64,000 bases of DNA. It comes from a bacterium (GTDB lineage: Bacteria; Elusimicrobiota; Elusimicrobia; UBA1565; UBA9628). Positions 41,654-51,066 of the stretch are shown piece by piece. The notes beneath the pieces are model-generated. The model saw nothing but the letters and a program-made list of their open reading frames with translations, did not search any database and had not been told where the DNA came from. How positions within the stretch are numbered: position 1 is the stretch's first letter; the number at the start of each line of letters is the position of its first letter. The stretch is from contig JAJZAK010000009.1 of NCBI GenBank assembly GCA_021799485.1, positions 2,850 to 66,849 of the forward strand, in the 5' to 3' direction. The translations under genes were made by a program, and so were the position numbers.

Positions 41654-43065
41654 CCGACGGAGCCCTCCATCTCGAGCTGGATGAGCCGATTGAGCTCGAC
41701 TGAGTACTCGAGAGGGAGTTCCCGGGCGAACTGATCGAAGAAGCCGTTGACGATCATGGTCACGGCTTCCTGCTCCTTCAGGCCCCGGCTCATCAGGTAG
41801 AAAAGCTGTTCCTCGCCGATCTTGGAAACGGAGGCCTCGTGCTCGACGCGAACGCGCTTCGAATCGATCTCCATAGTGGGGTAGGTGTCCGATCGCGACT
41901 TCTCGTCGAGCAGCAGAGCGTCGCAGCGGACGTTGACCTTGACGTCGTGGGCCTGGGAATGGACCTTGACGAGGCCCCGGTAACTCGCCCGCCCGCCGTC
42001 CTTCGAGATGGACTTGGATATGATCGTTCCTGAGGTGTGGGGCGCGGCGAAGATGAGCTTGGCGCCGGCATCTTGATGCTGTCCTTCTCCCGCGAGAGCG
42101 CAGGAGAGGATGTCGCCGCGGGCGCCCTTGCCCACGAGGTAGACCGCGGGGTATTTCATGGTGAGCTTGGAGCCCAGATTGCCGTCGACCCATTCGACGA
42201 TCGCGTCCTCGCGGGCGATGGCGCGCTTCGTCACGAGGTTGTAGACGTTGTTCGACCAATTCTGGATCGTGGTGTAGCGGATGTGCGAGCCCGGCATGGC
42301 GATGAGCTCGACGACGGCTGAGTGGAGGGAGTCCGCCGCGTAGGTCGGGGCGGTGCACCCCTCGATGTAGTGCACCTTGGAGCCTTCCTCGGCGATGATG
42401 AGCGTGCGCTCGAACTGCCCAGCCTTTTGGGCGTTGATGCGGAAGTAGGCCTGGAGCGGCATCGCCACCTGGGCGCCCTTGGGGATGTAGACGAAGGAGC
42501 CGCCGGACCAGACGGCGGTGTTGAGGGCCGCGAACTTGTTGTCCGTCGAGGGGATGACGGTCCCGAAATAGCGCTTGACGACGTCCGGGTATTCCTTGAG
42601 CCCCGTGTCCATGTCGGTGAAGATGACGCCCTGCTTCTTGAGGTCCTCGTTGATGCGGTGGTACACCGCCTCGGAGTCGTACTGGGCCGTGACGCCCGCG
42701 AGGAATTTGCGCTCGGCCTCGGGGATGCCGATCTTCTCGAAAGTGTTCTTGATGGACTCCGGCACATCCTCCCAGCGGCCCTCGGTCTTTTCGGTGGGTT
42801 TCAGGTAATAGTAGATGTCGTCGAAGTCGATGGCGTTTAAGAACGCGGTGTCGCCCCAGGCGGGCATGGGCTTCGACTTGAAAATCCGGTAGGCTTCCAA
42901 GCGCTTATCCCGCATCCAGGAAGGCTCTCCCTTCATATGCGAGATTTGCTCGACGACCCGCTCGTCAAGGCCCTTTCGGCTCTTGAAGACGAGCATTTCC
43001 TCGTCGTGGAAGCCATATTGGTAGCCGGTCTTGATGCCGGCGGCGGCCTGGGTCGAGGGGTTCAT
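41650..43065 (-). CDS. sufB: Fe-S cluster assembly protein SufB
   Basis: 471 aa, highly conserved SufB sequence. Confidence 0.95.
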   Translation of the reverse strand: MNPSTQAAAGIKTGYQYGFHDEEMLVFKSRKGLDERVVEQISHMKGEPSWMRDKRLEAYRIFKSKPMPAWGDTAFLNAIDFDDIYYYLKPTEKTEGRWEDVPESIKNTFEKIGIPEAERKFLAGVTAQYDSEAVYHRINEDLKKQGVIFTDMDTGLKEYPDVVKRYFGTVIPSTDNKFAALNTAVWSGGSFVYIPKGAQVAMPLQAYFRINAQKAGQFERTLIIAEEGSKVHYIEGCTAPTYAADSLHSAVVELIAMPGSHIRYTTIQNWSNNVYNLVTKRAIAREDAIVEWVDGNLGSKLTMKYPAVYLVGKGARGDILSCALAGEGQHQDAGAKLIFAAPHTSGTIISKSISKDGGRASYRGLVKVHSQAHDVKVNVRCDALLLDEKSRSDTYPTMEIDSKRVRVEHEASVSKIGEEQLFYLMSRGLKEQEAVTMIVNGFFDQFARELPLEYSVELNRLIQLEMEGSVG

Positions 43066-43826
43066 GAGGCCAGCTCCGAGGCCAGGGCTTTCCCCTCGAG
43101 CCAGGCGTAGCCTTTCTTCTCCAGTTCAAGCGCCATCTCGGGCCCACCGGATTCCACGATGCGGCCGTCCTTGAACACGTGGACGAAGTGGGGCTTCACA
43201 TAATCGAGGATGCGCTGGTAATGGGTGACGAGAAGGATGCCGTTTTCCGGTCCTGCGGTCTTCATGATGCCGGAGGCAACCACGCGCAGGGCGTCGATGT
43301 CCAGGCCCGAGTCCGTCTCGTCGAGGATCGCGAGCCTGGGGTTCAGGCAGGCCATTTGCAGGATCTCAAGCCGCTTTTTCTCGCCGCCCGAAAATCCGTC
43401 GTTGACGTAGCGGGTGGCGAACTTTTCGTCCATATCGAGGAGCGACATCTTCTCGCGCAGGGTCTTGCGGAAGTCTCGGATGCCGGCCTCGGCTCCCTTG
43501 ACGGACTTCATCGCCGTGCGGATGAAATTGGCGACGCTGACCCCGGGAAGCGCCATCGGATATTGGAACCCAAGGAAAATTCCGAGCCGAGCCCGCTCGA
43601 AGGGGGGAAGCCCCGTGACATCCTTGCCTTCGATAAGAATTTTACCGTCCATCAATTCGTAGCGTGGATGTCCCATGACGGCGTACGAGAGAGTGCTTTT
43701 TCCGGAACCATTGGGACCCATGAGGGCGTGGATTTCGCCCTTTTGAATCTTGAGGGAGACGCCCTTTAAGATAGGGCGCCCCTTGACGGCGACTTGTAAG
43801 TTATCGATCTCCAGTAGAGCTGGCAT
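43062..43826 (-). CDS. sufC: Fe-S cluster assembly ATPase SufC
   Basis: Walker [13 protein letters not shown] signature FSGGEKKR, Walker [13 protein letters not shown]; AGAGGAGA SD. Confidence 0.95.
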   Translation of the reverse strand: MPALLEIDNLQVAVKGRPILKGVSLKIQKGEIHALMGPNGSGKSTLSYAVMGHPRYELMDGKILIEGKDVTGLPPFERARLGIFLGFQYPMALPGVSVANFIRTAMKSVKGAEAGIRDFRKTLREKMSLLDMDEKFATRYVNDGFSGGEKKRLEILQMACLNPRLAILDETDSGLDIDALRVVASGIMKTAGPENGILLVTHYQRILDYVKPHFVHVFKDGRIVESGGPEMALELEKKGYAWLEGKALASELAS

Positions 43827-44288
43827 GGAGTCTCCTCTTTGAAGAGTATTAAAAGTATCGCTAATTAAAAATACGGGATAATCAGCCGACAACATGTAGT
43901 TTATGATACCTGAGTATTTTAGTCAAGTTTTCGCATCGACTTGCGCAAGATGCCGCCTAATGCAGCCGCCTTAGGGTCCAAAACGCCGTCACGCCTGCCG
44001 CCGCCTTCATTAAACGGGCGCGGCTATCCCGGCCGATGGGGCGAGCGCTTCTTTAGCGACGCCGTCCTCGGGCACGCCTCTTTTCGGCATCAATCGGGGA
44101 GAGGCGGTCGAGACGGTCTTTTTTCTCGAAGCCCCCTGGCGGGCGATCATGTCCACTTAGGGAGGCGTTCCCGTGCGACGGCCTCGTGGACTCGGGGTCC
44201 TTGCGCGGCGCTGAGGGCCGCGACAGTCTTCAGGTTCAAGGCAGACCAGCCTTCCGAGAAGCTCGCGGACGGTGGTTGTGCGAGCGCG

Positions 44289-45176
44289 TTAAAAGAAGTT
44301 GGCGAACGACGATTCGGCGGACGAGAAGAAATTTTCGATGAAACTAGCTTTTTTGCTGATGTCGCCGAAGAAACCGGTGAACGCGCTTTGCAGGGGATTC
44401 TGTTCGGGTCCCTCGAGAGGGGACGAAGCGCCCGCAACTTGGTTATTAACCGGGGGAAATTGAAAATAATGCGCGGACTCCCCCGTCGAGCAAACGCCCA
44501 TCAGCGTCTCGGGGACCGGCACGGCAAAACCGCCGATGATCCCGCCGACAAAGGCCCGGCACCATCGGAACGGTTGAGGGAAGGCTCCCGGGGTGTTGGG
44601 AGGCCCATTGAACGACGACGCTCCGCCGGCCCCCGCAACCGTCATGCCCGGCGTCATGATGGGTCCCGAGGCTAAAAACCCACGCGGCACCGGACAACGC
44701 CCCATCACAATGTTCGGCTGGATGGAACCGGATGGATTCACGAACCAAGGAGATGGCTGCGCCATGGGGTAGATTGGTCCGACAATATGCGGACACCAGT
44801 CTCCGATTCCGATCTGCGGACAAACCCAATGTCCAAGGGTTTCACCAGAATTCTCCAGGTCGGCCGACATGGCCGGGTCGGGCGTCGGCTGGCCGCCGCC
44901 CGGGCAAGCGCCCGGCGGTTGGGGAAACGGGATGCAGTGGAATTTTGCGTTAATCGAAGCGCCGCCAAAGAAATTCAGGAAGCTAGCCGGAGCCGGGCCG
45001 GGGACTGCGATTTGGCCGGAGGGGCATTGGAAGCCTGCGACGGCGCCCCCAGAAGGCGGAAACGCCCCCATGTCTCCATCTGCGGCCGCGAAGCCTGCCG
45101 AGCCGACGGCAAGCATCCAGGCGGCGATCCACGTCAATACCTCTTTCCCAAACTTTGAACTGGCCTTATTATTCAT
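44289..45176 (-). CDS. Secreted Cys-rich protein, novel family (paralog A)
   Basis: Signal peptide; conserved core HCIPFPQPPGACPGGGQ...HWVCPQIGIGDWCPHIVGPIYP shared with downstream paralog; strong SD GGGAGGGGAGGA 8 nt upstream. Confidence 0.6.
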   Translation of the reverse strand: MNNKASSKFGKEVLTWIAAWMLAVGSAGFAAADGDMGAFPPSGGAVAGFQCPSGQIAVPGPAPASFLNFFGGASINAKFHCIPFPQPPGACPGGGQPTPDPAMSADLENSGETLGHWVCPQIGIGDWCPHIVGPIYPMAQPSPWFVNPSGSIQPNIVMGRCPVPRGFLASGPIMTPGMTVAGAGGASSFNGPPNTPGAFPQPFRWCRAFVGGIIGGFAVPVPETLMGVCSTGESAHYFQFPPVNNQVAGASSPLEGPEQNPLQSAFTGFFGDISKKASFIENFFSSAESSFANFF

Positions 45177-45224
45177 CAATCTATCCTCCCCTCCCGGTTT
45201 GCCAGAGAAGCCATGTTCTGTTGA

Positions 45225-46835
45225 TTAGAGTCCGCCAAAAAACCCCGCGAGATTGTTCCACGTAGCGTTTGTCGCGCCAAGACTCCCGCCAATAAACGGG
45301 GAGGCGGGAAATGTCCACGTTCCGTAAGTGCATTGTGAGCCCTGAGCACCATTGTGAGCGACCAGCATGCCTGGGAACTCTTTGGGAGCGGTCCACAGGT
45401 CGACGGATTCACCATTGAGACAAGACATGGCGGGATTGTCCGTCTCGAAGTCGAGGATTTGGCCGACATGGCGCGCATCCGAAAGACCTTCGATGGTGAT
45501 GTTTTTGACCCGAGTCATAAAGACCGACTGCCAAGTCCCCTGGTTGTCCCAGAGGCCGACGGCTCCGTCAGACTCCGCCATGCGACCGGAAACCTGCGAA
45601 GGAAGCGCAAAAAAATGCGTTTGTTCCCCGGCTATCCCGGACTGGCAGACTTCTATCTGCCTCAATATGTAGGTCCCTAGGACCCCCCCTGGGTGGTCAG
45701 TGCAATACTTGTACGGTTGAGGGAAAAGAGACTGCATTATGCCGATGGCGCCTCCAGCGGCTGCGGGTGCAGCCGCTCCCCCGAGCGCCGTTCCTCCCCC
45801 CGTGCAAGCGAATCCCGGAGGCAAGTTGCGGCAGTTTTGGCCACCAGGGCCTATCCCCTGAGATTGTTGTGGGAGACAATCTCCCATCACGAGTTGAGGT
45901 GCTTTCGTCGCTTCGCTTATGGCTCCAGAAATGCTGTTGATTATGCCGTTAGTTGGAACCGCGGCGCCGGCCGCAGGAATCGGGTACACGGGACCCACGA
46001 TGTGCGGGCACCACCCGCCGACTCCAACGGAAGGACAAACCCAATGCTCAACGACAAAGCCGCTCTGGCTGAGCGCGGCATTCATGTTCGGGTCAGGGGA
46101 AGCCTGGCCGCCGCCAGGGCAAGCCATCGGCGGCTGGGGAAGCGGGATGCAGTGGCGGGCGATGGAGACGTTCGCGCCGGCCTGATTGGCCGATTGGCTG
46201 ACCGCTCCGGCGGCGGGACCGTGGCCGTTCGGCGCCGCCGCGAATAAGGTTGGCATAGTAACCGGAATGGAAATCTCACCGGCAGGGCATGCAGAGCTAT
46301 TGCTCGTGGAACTGCCGGCCCCCGACTCCGCTATGGTCCCCGTGGGAGCGCTGGTCCCCGAACCCAACACGGAGCCTGAACCACTCCCGCCGTCGCTCGC
46401 TGGGCCGCCCGGATTGCGGATGCAGCGATTTCCCGCCGAGATCGTATCCGGAGGGCAATGAGGGCCACCACTTGTATAGCCGCCACTGTCGCCTCCAACC
46501 GGGGGGGAGCCCGTTGCGGGTGTGGAAGAATTCCCGCCGCCTCTAACAGGAGGAGATTCCTTCCCCGGGAAGCCGCCGTTTGTGGAGCCACTAGAGGAGC
46601 CGTCACCGCCTTGGACTTGGCCAACCGGCGTCTTGAGCAACGAGCGAAGCTGTTGGAACGTGGCCTCCGCCTGGGATGGTGTCATATAATAAACTTCGCT
46701 CGAAATATTGACCGGAGAATCCCGGCCTTGCCCCTCAGCGGCGGAAGCGACCACCACCATGTTGGCCGCAAATAAAAAAGCGGCTCCGGGCGCCGCGAAA
46801 TCTTTGAACAGCCTACACAAAATGGCGTCTTTCAT
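45225..46835 (-). CDS. Secreted Cys-rich protein, novel family (paralog B, with Gly/Ser-rich N-terminal extension)
   Basis: Signal peptide; core HCIPLPQPPMACPGGGQ...HWVCPSVGVGGWCPHIVGPVYP and second block FPQPYKYC...VCQSG...HFF aligned to paralog A; SD GAGGAGG. Confidence 0.6.
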   Translation of the reverse strand: MKDAILCRLFKDFAAPGAAFLFAANMVVVASAAEGQGRDSPVNISSEVYYMTPSQAEATFQQLRSLLKTPVGQVQGGDGSSSGSTNGGFPGKESPPVRGGGNSSTPATGSPPVGGDSGGYTSGGPHCPPDTISAGNRCIRNPGGPASDGGSGSGSVLGSGTSAPTGTIAESGAGSSTSNSSACPAGEISIPVTMPTLFAAAPNGHGPAAGAVSQSANQAGANVSIARHCIPLPQPPMACPGGGQASPDPNMNAALSQSGFVVEHWVCPSVGVGGWCPHIVGPVYPIPAAGAAVPTNGIINSISGAISEATKAPQLVMGDCLPQQSQGIGPGGQNCRNLPPGFACTGGGTALGGAAAPAAAGGAIGIMQSLFPQPYKYCTDHPGGVLGTYILRQIEVCQSGIAGEQTHFFALPSQVSGRMAESDGAVGLWDNQGTWQSVFMTRVKNITIEGLSDARHVGQILDFETDNPAMSCLNGESVDLWTAPKEFPGMLVAHNGAQGSQCTYGTWTFPASPFIGGSLGATNATWNNLAGFFGGL

Positions 46836-46874
46836 CGATATTCCTCCTCGACCCGCTTGCGAAGCAACGGGGAG

Positions 46875-46904
46875 ACTTTAGCCCCTGATCGCACGCCAAG
46901 TCAA
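46875..46904 (-). promoter_or_regulatory. Sigma70-like promoter for Cys-rich paralog B (TTGACT-N17-CTAAAGT)
   Basis: Read on minus strand upstream of 46835 start. Confidence 0.3.
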
Positions 46905-47056
46905 GTTAAATATCTGTAATGTCAGGAAAAAAGTTCCGACAGATTTTGGTGCGCAGATGGACTTGCATCAACGGCCCGGGTCCTTGCGCGGCGTTGCGGG
47001 GGACTCCCGGAGGCGGCCGGTTGTGGGAGGACGCGGCGCCATGCTACGATGACGCC

Positions 47057-47740
47057 ATGGCCATCAACGATATATCGGCAAACGTCGTGATCGCCGCGGC
47101 CGCCTTGCTATGGGGCGGGCTCTCGCCGGCGCAAGCCGCCTCCTCCGGCAAGGCCGGAAAGGCGGCTCTCTTGCTTGACCCATCGAAGTCCGTCCTGCAG
47201 GCGCCCAAGGAGTTCAAGGTGGCCTTTAAGACGACGAACGGCACGTTCACGGTGGATTTCCGCCGCGACTGGGCGCCGCTGGGAGTCGACCGCGTCTACA
47301 ACCTGGTGAAAGACGGCTTCTTTGCCGGTGACGCGTTCTTCCGCGTGGTCCCCGGCTTCGTTGTCCAGTTTGGACTCAACGGGTCGCCCCAGGTCAACGC
47401 CGCCTGGCGGCAGGCGCGCATCCAGGACGACCCACCGACCGGCCATTCCAACAAGCGCGGCACGATCGTCTTCGCGACCGCGGGGCCCGGCACCCGCACG
47501 ACCCAGCTTTTCATTAATTTGGCCGATAACCCGATGCTCGACAGCATGGGTTTCGTCCCGCTGGGAGAAGTCGTCGGCAACGGCATGGACACGGTGCGAA
47601 GCCTCTTTAGCGGCTACGGCGACGGCCCTCCCCAGGGCGTGGGTCCCAACCAGGGACAGATCGTGGCGCAGGGCAACGCCTACTTGAAGAAGGATTTCCC
47701 CAAACTCGACTACATCAAGACCGCGCGAATCGTCAAGTAA
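47057..47740 (+). CDS. Peptidyl-prolyl cis-trans isomerase, cyclophilin type (periplasmic)
   Basis: Signal peptide then GFFAGDAFFRVVPGFVVQFG, FATAGPGTRTTQLFINL cyclophilin motifs. Confidence 0.85.
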   Translation: MAINDISANVVIAAAALLWGGLSPAQAASSGKAGKAALLLDPSKSVLQAPKEFKVAFKTTNGTFTVDFRRDWAPLGVDRVYNLVKDGFFAGDAFFRVVPGFVVQFGLNGSPQVNAAWRQARIQDDPPTGHSNKRGTIVFATAGPGTRTTQLFINLADNPMLDSMGFVPLGEVVGNGMDTVRSLFSGYGDGPPQGVGPNQGQIVAQGNAYLKKDFPKLDYIKTARIVK

Positions 47741-47741
47741 C

Positions 47742-48548
47742 GTGTCAAGCCGTTCGGCGCTGGTATGCGCAGCGGCGATTTCGCCGATGATATGGGGATT
47801 ATGTCCCTCTTCTGGGGCCGTGGATGCTCACCCCGAGGCGCGCGGGTTGCCTCCCGACGCGACGGCGGTCGCGTGGGATCGCGATTCCCTGGAATACGCG
47901 GCCGTTTGCTCCGAGATCTACGGGTCGGGGCTTCGCTATGTTCAAGAGTTCGCGAAAAACCATCCCGGGCTCAAGAACTGGTGCGTGGTGCTTGATATCG
48001 ATGATACCGTCCTCACGACGGCGCCTTTCCGCGTCGAGGAGAGGGGGCGCGCCTTCAACGGGTGCCGTTGGCTCAAGTGGAACCAAAGCCACTTCCTCGA
48101 CGCTGTCCCCGGAGCCAAGCGATTCCTGGACGGCGTCCGGAGGCTGCCGGGCGCCCATGTCGTCTTCATCACCGACCGAAGGCCCGTGATGCTGGAGCGG
48201 ACAAAGGTGAATCTGCGGCGAGCCGGCCTTTGGGGAAAGGGGGACCTTCTGATTGGCCAGGACAACCCGGATGACACGAAGCAGAAAAGACGGCGTGATT
48301 GCGTCGAGCGCGCGATAGACCCGCGTTGCAAGGCGGACGGTCCGATGATGATCGCGGCGCTCTTCGGCGACCAGGTGCTTGATTTTAAATCCCTATACGG
48401 CGACGCGGTGCGCTCGGCCAGGGCCCGCATCGTCCGCGACGGCGCCTGGGATCCCCGTTATTTCGTTCTTCCCAATCCCATGTACGGCGCCTGGAAGGTC
48501 GGCTACTCTCCCGAAAAATGGCACGCCAAGGACTGGAACTGCCGCTAG
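47742..48548 (+). CDS. HAD-superfamily class B acid phosphatase-like protein
   Basis: DxDxT motif VVLDIDDTVL, later GD...D; N-terminal signal-like segment. Confidence 0.65.
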   Translation: MSSRSALVCAAAISPMIWGLCPSSGAVDAHPEARGLPPDATAVAWDRDSLEYAAVCSEIYGSGLRYVQEFAKNHPGLKNWCVVLDIDDTVLTTAPFRVEERGRAFNGCRWLKWNQSHFLDAVPGAKRFLDGVRRLPGAHVVFITDRRPVMLERTKVNLRRAGLWGKGDLLIGQDNPDDTKQKRRRDCVERAIDPRCKADGPMMIAALFGDQVLDFKSLYGDAVRSARARIVRDGAWDPRYFVLPNPMYGAWKVGYSPEKWHAKDWNCR

Positions 48549-48569
48549 TATGCGAGGCCGCCATCCTTC

Positions 48570-49334
48570 ATGAAACGAGTCGCCATCCTCAACCATAAGG
48601 GAGGAAGCGGCAAGACCACGACAACGGTCAACCTCGGCGCCGCCTTGGCGGAAGCCGGGAAACGCGTTCTCGTCCTCGACTTCGACCCGGCCGCGGGAGC
48701 CTCCATGTGGCTGGGGGCCGTTTCGGATGACGGCCGACCGGGACTCGCGCAGGCCGTCGGAGGATCGGCGGATCTCTCGGAGCTCATCCGAGAAACCGCC
48801 GTCCCGGGCCTTGAGATCATACCATCCACGCTCGCCTTGTCGAAGGCGGAAAAATCGCTCGCGTCGGAGATCGGCGGGGAAACCGTCCTCAAAAGAAAAT
48901 CGTCGGGGCTGCCCTCGGGACGCTGGGATTATCTTCTGGTCGACTGTCCGCCGACCTTGGGGCTCCTGACCTTGAACGCCTTGAGCGCGGCCTCCCATGT
49001 CCTTATTCCCGTCGAGGCCCATGTCATGGCGCTTTCAGGGGTGGTGTCCTTGATGGAGACCATCTCGATTGTCCGAGAGAGGCTTAACCCGGGTCTTTCC
49101 GTTTGCGGGGTTCTCGCCTGCCGTGTTGACGGCCGGACGCTTCATGCGAGGGAGGTGCTCCGGCTGCTCCAGGATAAGTTCGGCTCGCTTTTCTACTCCA
49201 CCCGCATCCGCGAAAACGTCAAGCTCGCCGAGAGCCCCTCCTTCGCCAAGCCGGTCACTCTTTACGCGCCGTCAAGCCCCGGCGCCGAGGACTACCGGGC
49301 CCTGGCGCGGGAGTTCGCGGAAAAAATTTCGTGA
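48570..49334 (+). CDS. ParA/MinD-family P-loop ATPase (orphan)
   Basis: Deviant Walker A NHKGGSGKTTTTVNLG, LVLDFDP, DYLLVDCPP. Confidence 0.85.
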   Translation: MKRVAILNHKGGSGKTTTTVNLGAALAEAGKRVLVLDFDPAAGASMWLGAVSDDGRPGLAQAVGGSADLSELIRETAVPGLEIIPSTLALSKAEKSLASEIGGETVLKRKSSGLPSGRWDYLLVDCPPTLGLLTLNALSAASHVLIPVEAHVMALSGVVSLMETISIVRERLNPGLSVCGVLACRVDGRTLHAREVLRLLQDKFGSLFYSTRIRENVKLAESPSFAKPVTLYAPSSPGAEDYRALAREFAEKIS

Positions 49335-49549
49335 GCAAGCAGGGGCGCGGGAGAAAGTCGCGATTCAAGCCCAAGACGATCGGATTGAATCCGCTGGAGA
49401 GACTTCCGGACGCGGGCGCCGGAGCGAAGCCCAAGCCTCGTGGTCCCGAGACCGAGCTCCGCATTCAGGCCCGCGAGTTGCTGGCGCCGCCGCCTTCGGG
49501 GCTCGCGGCGGCCTTTCGGCGCTGGCTCGCGCGCATCTTCTCGGCTTAA
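49331..49549 (+). CDS. Small basic protein (72 aa) overlapping parA stop; possible ParA partner
   Basis: GTGA overlap with parA stop; K/R-rich N-terminus; no recognisable domain. Confidence 0.3.
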   Translation: MSKQGRGRKSRFKPKTIGLNPLERLPDAGAGAKPKPRGPETELRIQARELLAPPPSGLAAAFRRWLARIFSA

Positions 49550-49579
49550 AACACGCACCGAGCATGGCGGTGGGGGCGC

Positions 49580-50344
49580 CTAAACCGAGGCCATCGCCAC
49601 GGCGATTTCCGAGCGGAGCTCCGGGTACGCGGCCGGATTTTTAAGGAAGGCCCGCGCTTGGAGGGTGGACGCGCAGCCAAGAAGCTCTTTGGCGTCCGGG
49701 CCGTCGGCGGTCACGATCATGGGAACGCCGCGGGTTTTGCCTCCATCCCGAAGAAGCTGGGCAAGAATGAAGCCGTTGAAATCGGGAAGCCGCAGATTGA
49801 GGATGATCAGGGAGGGCCTGAATTCCGTGGCCATCCGCATTCCCTCGTCGCCGCCGCGTGCCACGCGGAGATCGCAGCATAGCTCCGTGGCGGCCCCGCG
49901 CGCCGCCTCCCGGAAAGCGGCGTCATCGTCGATGAGGAGAATGGTTCTTGGGAATCGCGACGTCGGTCCCGCCAGAAGGCATTTGAGATGCCTTAGGAGC
50001 GCATGGGGGTCGTTCGTGATCTCGGATTTAGTCAGGAAGATCTCCGCGCCGGAGCGCCGCGCCGCCTCGGCATCATCGGGACTCTCCTTGATTCCCGATA
50101 TCATGACGACCGGAATGCCGTGGGTGGTGTCGTCGAGCTTGAGCGTCTTTAAGACATCGCGGGAGGAAAAGCCGCTTTTGAGGATGCAATCGAGGAGGAT
50201 GATATGAGGATGGAAGGTCTTGGTGAGCTTGACGCCGGTCGGACCATTTCCCGCCCTCGCGGTCTGGAAACCAAAGATGACCAGGCATCGGCACAGGTAG
50301 TCGGAGAAGTCCTCGTCGTCGTCGATGATCAATATCCGTCGCAT
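49580..50344 (-). CDS. Tandem receiver-domain protein (REC-REC; second receiver has Asn at phospho-acceptor position)
   Basis: REC1: IIDDDEDF...IILLDCIL...VVMISG; REC2: LLIDDDAAF...LIILNLRLPDFNG...MIVTAD. Confidence 0.8.
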   Translation of the reverse strand: MRRILIIDDDEDFSDYLCRCLVIFGFQTARAGNGPTGVKLTKTFHPHIILLDCILKSGFSSRDVLKTLKLDDTTHGIPVVMISGIKESPDDAEAARRSGAEIFLTKSEITNDPHALLRHLKCLLAGPTSRFPRTILLIDDDAAFREAARGAATELCCDLRVARGGDEGMRMATEFRPSLIILNLRLPDFNGFILAQLLRDGGKTRGVPMIVTADGPDAKELLGCASTLQARAFLKNPAAYPELRSEIAVAMASV

Positions 50345-50362
50345 GATGTTTTCATGGCGCGA

Positions 50363-50395
50363 TATTTGACAACAAAGACTAGAACATGGTAAATT
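50363..50395 (+). promoter_or_regulatory. Sigma70-like promoter (TTGACA-N17-TGgTAAATT) for HTH-REC gene
   Basis: ttgacaacaaagactagaacatggtaaatt in the AT-rich divergent intergenic region. Confidence 0.3.
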
Positions 50396-50461
50396 ACCAA
50401 AACAAAGTAATAGAAGTATACGGGCAAATCAATCAGAAGACGGTAAAAATTCGGTAACTCA

Positions 50462-51058
50462 GTGGCTTTCAAAACCTATACGACCCACGAGATCGCGAAG
50501 TTTTGCGACGTCTATCCTTCAAGCGTCCTTCATTGGATCAAAGAGGGAAAGCTTAAGGCGCACGTGACGCCCGGCGGGCATCGTCGCGTCGCCCGAGAGG
50601 ATCTGATCCGCTTTTTAAAGCAGTTCCAAATGCCCATTCCGGCGGAATTACAAGCCGGGAGGCGCCGTATCCTCGTCGTCGATGACGAACCCGAGATGGC
50701 GCGGATGCTGGAAAAGATCTTCCGCATGCATGCCGACCTTTTCGACATCGAGGTCTGCGGCTCCGGGATCGACGCCCTCATCAAGATCGGCCAGTCCCCT
50801 CCCGATCTCGTCGTCCTCGACGTCGTGATGCCCAAGATGGACGGCTTCCAGGTCTGCCGGATTTTGAAGACGCGTCCGGAAACGAGCTCGGTGCGGATCA
50901 TCGCTTTGACGGGCAAGAAGGTTCCGATCAACGAGCACAAGCTCGACGAGCATCACATCGACGCGTTTTTCCGCAAGCCTTTCGATGTCGAGCAGTTGCT
51001 GGTCAAGGCCGCGCAGTTGCTGGGAGTGACGTTGGCGGCGGCTCCGGATACGCCGTAA
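50462..51058 (+). CDS. Response regulator with N-terminal excisionase/MerR-type HTH and C-terminal receiver domain (GTG start)
   Basis: YTTHEIAKFCDVYPSSVLHWIKEGKLKAHVTPGGHRRVAREDLIRFL HTH_17-like; REC ILVVDDEPEM...LVVLDVVMPKMDG...IIALTGK. Confidence 0.75.
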   Translation: MAFKTYTTHEIAKFCDVYPSSVLHWIKEGKLKAHVTPGGHRRVAREDLIRFLKQFQMPIPAELQAGRRRILVVDDEPEMARMLEKIFRMHADLFDIEVCGSGIDALIKIGQSPPDLVVLDVVMPKMDGFQVCRILKTRPETSSVRIIALTGKKVPINEHKLDEHHIDAFFRKPFDVEQLLVKAAQLLGVTLAAAPDTP

Positions 51059-51066
51059 AGCCTCCG

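Noticed and set aside
40397-42358. 653-aa ORF reading through sufD into antisense of sufB
   Set aside because: Only the C-terminal 418 aa match SufD; the internal ATG forms an ATGA overlap with the sufB stop.
43941-44675. 244-aa + strand ORF in the region upstream of sufC
   Set aside because: Low-complexity Arg/Gly-rich product, overlaps paralog A on the opposite strand, no SD; likely non-coding 5' region of the suf operon.
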